A program made the translations under genes and the position numbers. Below, one piece after another: positions 60,066 through 64,000 of a DNA stretch of 64,000 nucleotides (positions are counted from its first letter, which is position 1; every line of letters starts with the position of its first letter). This DNA is from Terriglobia bacterium (GTDB lineage: Bacteria > Acidobacteriota > Terriglobia > 2-12-FULL-54-10): NCBI GenBank assembly GCA_963666975.2, contig CAXVYR010000003.1:1248001-1312000 (forward strand), written 5' to 3'. A model generated the notes under the pieces. The model was not told where the DNA came from. It saw only the letters and a program-made list of their open reading frames with translations, and searched no databases.

Positions 60066-60989
60066 TCAGCCCCGTTTCTGGAGCTCCGATACAACCTCCG
60101 CCGGGGGAAGATAACAATTCCGGTTGATGTCACAAACAGCGTGCTCAAACTGGATGGTGGTGTGGCTGATGTGAAACTCCCGCTCCAGCACAGAGTTGAT
60201 CTGTTTCAGGATTTCTTCGCTCTTGGAGGGAGGAATGTCCGCAATGCAAACATGGCAACTCATGGAATGGATACTCGATCCCAAACTCCAAATGTGAACG
60301 TCGTGAACTCCCTCCACCCCCTCAATCCGGAGCATCGCCTGAACTACCGTGTCCAGCCGCAGGCCGCGCGGAAGCCCCTCCAGCAGAATGTTCAGCGTTT
60401 CCCGGATGATGTCCACGCTGCTCCACAGGATCAATCCTCCGATCAGGAAGCTGAGAATCGGGTCGATCTGCTGCCAGCCGGTTCGCTGGATGAGCCAGCC
60501 GCCGATCACGATGCCGCCAGTGGAAACCGCATCGCCCGCCGTGTGGATGAAAGCGCTCCGCACGTTGACGTCCCGGCGGCTCCCCCGGAACAGGGCAATC
60601 GACACGCCGGCGTCCACCACGAAGCCCGCAGCGGCCACCCTCATCATCCACTCCGCATCCACCGGACGGGGACTCTGCAACCGCTGGTAGGCTTCGTAAA
60701 AGATGTACAGCGCGATCACGATCAGCGTGAACGCATTGACAAAAGCCGCCAGAACACCGGCGCGATGGTAGCCATAGGTCTTGGTTTCGTCGGCGGGTTT
60801 GGCCTGCAAGTAAAAGGCAAACCAGGCGAGGAGGAGAGCCAGCGAATCGGAAAAGTTGTGGCCCGCGTCGCTGAGCAGGGCCAGGGAGTTCGTCAGGTAG
60901 CCGGCCACGGCTTCGGCCAGCGCCAGCGCCAGCATCACAAAAATGGAATATTTTAATACCGCGCGGGTGTTGAAGTCGTGAACATGCAT
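60066..60989 (-). CDS. Cation diffusion facilitator (CzcD/ZitB-like)
   Basis: SDAGHNFSD, TYGY.R, HTAGD, HDVHIW, HTTIQFE. Confidence 0.93.
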   Translation of the reverse strand: MHVHDFNTRAVLKYSIFVMLALALAEAVAGYLTNSLALLSDAGHNFSDSLALLLAWFAFYLQAKPADETKTYGYHRAGVLAAFVNAFTLIVIALYIFYEAYQRLQSPRPVDAEWMMRVAAAGFVVDAGVSIALFRGSRRDVNVRSAFIHTAGDAVSTGGIVIGGWLIQRTGWQQIDPILSFLIGGLILWSSVDIIRETLNILLEGLPRGLRLDTVVQAMLRIEGVEGVHDVHIWSLGSSIHSMSCHVCIADIPPSKSEEILKQINSVLEREFHISHTTIQFEHAVCDINRNCYLPPAEVVSELQKRG

Positions 60990-61183
60990 GGCGCTGTTTT
61001 TCTTGCCCTCAGTCTACTGGACTAACAATTGACGGGTCAAGGACGGCGGCAACCGGACGCAGCACCCGGACACAGCAACAAAGAACCGGAAAGCAAAACA
61101 GGTAAACAGGAAGCACGAGACGCAAAGGCTGGGAGACAAGTTGGAAGGGGGGAGCGCAGGGCCGCACGCAGAAAATTGAAGGA

Positions 61184-62128
61184 TTAGCCGGGAGGCCTAA
61201 CCGCAAAGTATCCGCGTCGCGCTCTGACACGCAGGTCTTTCTTTTGCGGAATGATTTCGATCTCGTGGTAGGTCCCATCGCGGGGCGTCGTGGACCGGTA
61301 AGAGATGCTGTACTGGCTCCGAAGCTCCGTGTCGATCTCCTGGAATGCCCGGCTCAAATCCTCCATGTTGTGCGGCTGAAAGAACCGCCCTCCGGTCTCC
61401 TCGGCAAACACCTTTAGAACCTTGTCGCCCGGAAACGGGATGCCACGGATATTGGTGCTGATGGTATATAGAATCACTCCGGCCCGCTGCGACATTTCCA
61501 GCGCCTGGAAGCGGGTGGAGCGGCTCTGGTTGTCCTCTCCGTCGCTCAAGACCACCATGGTGCGGCGGACTTGGCTCGCGGGATACGCTTCGTCCATCAT
61601 TTTGTTCTTGCTGCCGAAATAGATCGCATCGTAGAGCGACGTTCCCCCGCCGGGCCGGAGCGACTCGACCGCACCGACCAGCTTGTCTATGTCATCGGTG
61701 AAGTCCTGCACCAACTCGGCCATGCTGTCAAAGCTTCCCAGAAACGCCTGATCCTTTCCGAACCGGACCAAGGAGCGCAAGAAATCCGCCGCAGCCCTTT
61801 GCTCAAACCCAAAGCGGTCCCGGATGCTGTTGCTGGTGTCAATCAGAAGGCCGATGCGAAGCGGGACATCGGTCTCGCGGGAGAAGGCGATAATCTCCTG
61901 CGGCTGCTTCTCCTCCAAAACGCGGAAATCCTCCTGGTTCAGGTCCGTGATTAAGCGGCCCTTCTTGTCGGTGACGATGAACTGGACGTTCACCTCCTCC
62001 ACCAGCACGCGGATGGGAGGAGCTTCTTCCTCCTGGAATACGGGTTCCTGGGAAGCGTCGGGTTGCTGGGCAAAGGCTTGCCCCAGTGAAATCGAAAATA
62101 GAGAAATGGCCAAAAATACGTTGGTCAT
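61184..62128 (-). CDS. Secreted VWA-domain protein (acidobacterial type)
   Basis: Signal peptide, DTSNS MIDAS, GGTSLYDA, SDGEDN, RSQY, RRGY. Confidence 0.9.
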   Translation of the reverse strand: MTNVFLAISLFSISLGQAFAQQPDASQEPVFQEEEAPPIRVLVEEVNVQFIVTDKKGRLITDLNQEDFRVLEEKQPQEIIAFSRETDVPLRIGLLIDTSNSIRDRFGFEQRAAADFLRSLVRFGKDQAFLGSFDSMAELVQDFTDDIDKLVGAVESLRPGGGTSLYDAIYFGSKNKMMDEAYPASQVRRTMVVLSDGEDNQSRSTRFQALEMSQRAGVILYTISTNIRGIPFPGDKVLKVFAEETGGRFFQPHNMEDLSRAFQEIDTELRSQYSISYRSTTPRDGTYHEIEIIPQKKDLRVRARRGYFAVRPPG

Positions 62129-62242
62129 ACGGCTGGAAATTATTATAGGCCCTTTGTTTGTACAGGGTCAAACTGAATTGCGGCCGGGGTGAACCTGCCC
62201 GGAAGCAGGTGGCCATCACAGCAAATTGGCAGTCAAGATTTG

Positions 62243-62276
62243 CCGTGGGTTTGTAAATTCGGGAAAAGCTTACGGC
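62243..62276. repeat. Left copy of a 34-bp palindromic direct repeat
   Basis: CCGTGGGTTTGTAAATTCGGGAAAAGCTTACGGC; 31/34 identical to 63291-63324, identical 22-bp core. Confidence 0.9.
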
Positions 62277-62297
62277 GGGAAAAAGCACTCGCCGTAA
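62262..62297 (-). terminator. Probable terminator of the HEPN-like gene, overlapping the left repeat
   Basis: 8-bp stem TTACGGCG/CGCCGTAA followed on the minus strand by GCTTTT. Confidence 0.5.
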
Positions 62298-62300
62298 TGG

Positions 62301-63107
62301 CTACACCGCTTTAGAAAGCTCGTCGACCACATGTTCAATTGCGGCGAGGGCTGAAAGTGCCGTAGCACGACTACACTTCTGTGCCTCCCTTGCAGCCTTG
62401 CCGGGATGAATCAAGTTACGGAACTCTCGGGCTATGCGGCACTGAGCAGCGGTTTCGTCATTGATAATCTTAAGACGATGACAAACCTCTGTAAGTTGAT
62501 GCAGATTCCAATCATTCCTGTCTTTTGGAGGAATTTTAGGGAAACATCCTGAATCTTTTAACGCACTACCTGCATCAGCGACCTTACCAGGGGATTTTGC
62601 GTCGTGTCGCTCGACCGCCCACAATAGAAGCGCCTCAACCACAGAACCGGATACAACCGTGCAACCTTTCCAATCTGCAGCCCAGTACGAGCGATTGGCA
62701 CCTGTGATGTCGAGCCGAAGAGTTTCCTGAAATTGAGAATCCGGTATGAAGGCGAGATCGGCTATAGTCGGCGCAACGACATCATCGGGCAGACTGGCCA
62801 AGTGCTTCCGAAGAAACACGAGTGGATGGATTTCGTTTCGTCCGGACACCTTATCACATGTATGGTTTATGTTCCCTGTCCGCCAAGCATCAACGGCCAC
62901 GCGAATTGTCTCCACCGACTCGCCGTATTCAGCATGCTCGGTTCCTTTTAGTGTGATAATTCCCGGAGGCAACGCTTCGATAAGGTTTAAGAGGTACGAG
63001 AAAGCCGCAGCGTGCAAATATCCTATGGAATGCTGACCGTTCTTCACCTCATTAGGGTATTTCGCATCAAGATACGCAACGATTTCACTCGGAACAGTCA
63101 TTGCCAT
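62301..63107 (-). CDS. Hypothetical protein with HEPN-like C-terminal domain
   Basis: SGSVVEALL helix and REFRNLIHPG motif; visibly AT-richer than flanking genes. Confidence 0.7.
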   Translation of the reverse strand: MAMTVPSEIVAYLDAKYPNEVKNGQHSIGYLHAAAFSYLLNLIEALPPGIITLKGTEHAEYGESVETIRVAVDAWRTGNINHTCDKVSGRNEIHPLVFLRKHLASLPDDVVAPTIADLAFIPDSQFQETLRLDITGANRSYWAADWKGCTVVSGSVVEALLLWAVERHDAKSPGKVADAGSALKDSGCFPKIPPKDRNDWNLHQLTEVCHRLKIINDETAAQCRIAREFRNLIHPGKAAREAQKCSRATALSALAAIEHVVDELSKAV

Positions 63108-63290
63108 TCATTTCGAATCCGCCAAAAAGCTGAAACAGTAGTCTAGCTTCTGGTTAGGCGGATTTGGACTGGTTTTCACTTGGCCAGCCTATCACCAAAT
63201 CTGCAGCGGCGTGCTGAAAATAACTTCTGGAGCCTAATGACATATGGTCGCTGAACGGTTTTGTCGGCATATCCGAAATTGATCATCTAC

Positions 63291-63324
63291 CCGTAGGTTT
63301 GTAAATTCGGGAAAAGCCCACGGC
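63291..63324. repeat. Right copy of the 34-bp palindromic direct repeat
   Basis: CCGTAGGTTTGTAAATTCGGGAAAAGCCCACGGC. Confidence 0.9.
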
Positions 63325-63347
63325 CCGCGTTGAGCCTGTTCCGAATG

Positions 63348-64000
63348 TTATCTTGAAGTCTCCGTCCGCGGGGCCAGTTTCGCAAGGAAGCTTTCCAGGT
63401 CCTGCGGTAACGGCGAGCGGATCTCCAGCGCGTCGCCGGTGCCGGGATGACGGAAGCGAACCACCGCCGCATGTAAAAACGTCCGCTCCAAGGTGAGTAC
63501 CAGCGCCTGAGAACGCTTGCCTTTTTGTTTCCGGCCCGGAGAAAGTTTCCCTTCTGAATCTCCATCCTGAACTCGTCCGTGTGATTCCTGAAACAGCAAT
63601 TGCAATAACTCCTCCGGCAACTGTGCAGGAGCGCCGTAGAGCGTGTCGCCCGCCACGGGATGCCCGATGCTGGCCAGATGCGCGCGGACCTGATGGGTGC
63701 GGCCGGTATATATCCTCACGTCGAGCAGCGTAAAGCCACGGAAGCGTTTGAGGACGCGATACCGGCTCATGGCAGGGCGTCCCTGTGCTCTGCGTGTGGT
63801 CATGCGGACGCGCCGCGCAGGGTCGCGGCTGATGGGAGAGGAGATAACCGCCTCCGTCTTGCGGACCGTGCCATGCACCAAAGCGATATAGTATTTCTCA
63901 ATCGTCCGGCTGGCGAACTGCGCCGCCAGTTGCCGATGGGCAACGTCATTTTTCGCCACCAGCAAGACTCCTGAGGTATTCCGGTCCAAGCGGTGGACAA
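63348..64000 (-). CDS. RluA/RluD-family pseudouridine synthase (5' truncated by window edge)
   Basis: VHRLDRNTSG, TGRTHQVRAH, HPVAGD..Y, FLHA. Confidence 0.95.
   Translation of the reverse strand, partial: VHRLDRNTSGVLLVAKNDVAHRQLAAQFASRTIEKYYIALVHGTVRKTEAVISSPISRDPARRVRMTTRRAQGRPAMSRYRVLKRFRGFTLLDVRIYTGRTHQVRAHLASIGHPVAGDTLYGAPAQLPEELLQLLFQESHGRVQDGDSEGKLSPGRKQKGKRSQALVLTLERTFLHAAVVRFRHPGTGDALEIRSPLPQDLESFLAKLAPRTETSR

Overview
Bacterial chromosomal DNA, GC-rich, most likely Acidobacteriota (TIGR03437-like and VWA proteins, carboxypeptidase-domain TonB receptor). From left to right: an aromatic-compound region (GntR/FadR fragment, ubiX, archaeal-type CTP-dependent riboflavin kinase, benzoate-CoA ligase family, ubiD, and a TetR-controlled OsmC plus PaaA/BoxB-like diiron operon) with an intact-looking IS3-family element inside it; trpCFB-trpA-chorismate mutase-tyrA, split by a DUF2442/DUF4160 toxin-antitoxin pair whose DUF4160 gene is frameshifted; frdABCD; GDP-mannose genes, an aminotransferase, coaD, rsmD; tRNA-Ala(GGC); a frameshifted BACON/TIGR03437 surface protein; a TonB receptor; an alternative complex III (actABCDEF plus a cytochrome c); amidase, MEMO, radical SAM; a KimA-like permease; rpoD, dnaG, mutS2, CDF, VWA and a partial RluA-family gene. 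Most unusual: (i) a lone HEPN-like gene between two 34-bp palindromic direct repeats whose arms look exchanged, as in attL/attR; (ii) at least seven independent 12-bp tandem duplications; (iii) ubiX linked to an archaeal-type riboflavin kinase; (iv) a partner-less short PaaA/BoxB-like diiron protein; (v) a 48-aa membrane ORF missing from the ORF track, a structured 150-nt intergenic element and a REP-pair element. All family calls are from motif recognition by eye; no database search was run. No CRISPR array or rRNA was seen.
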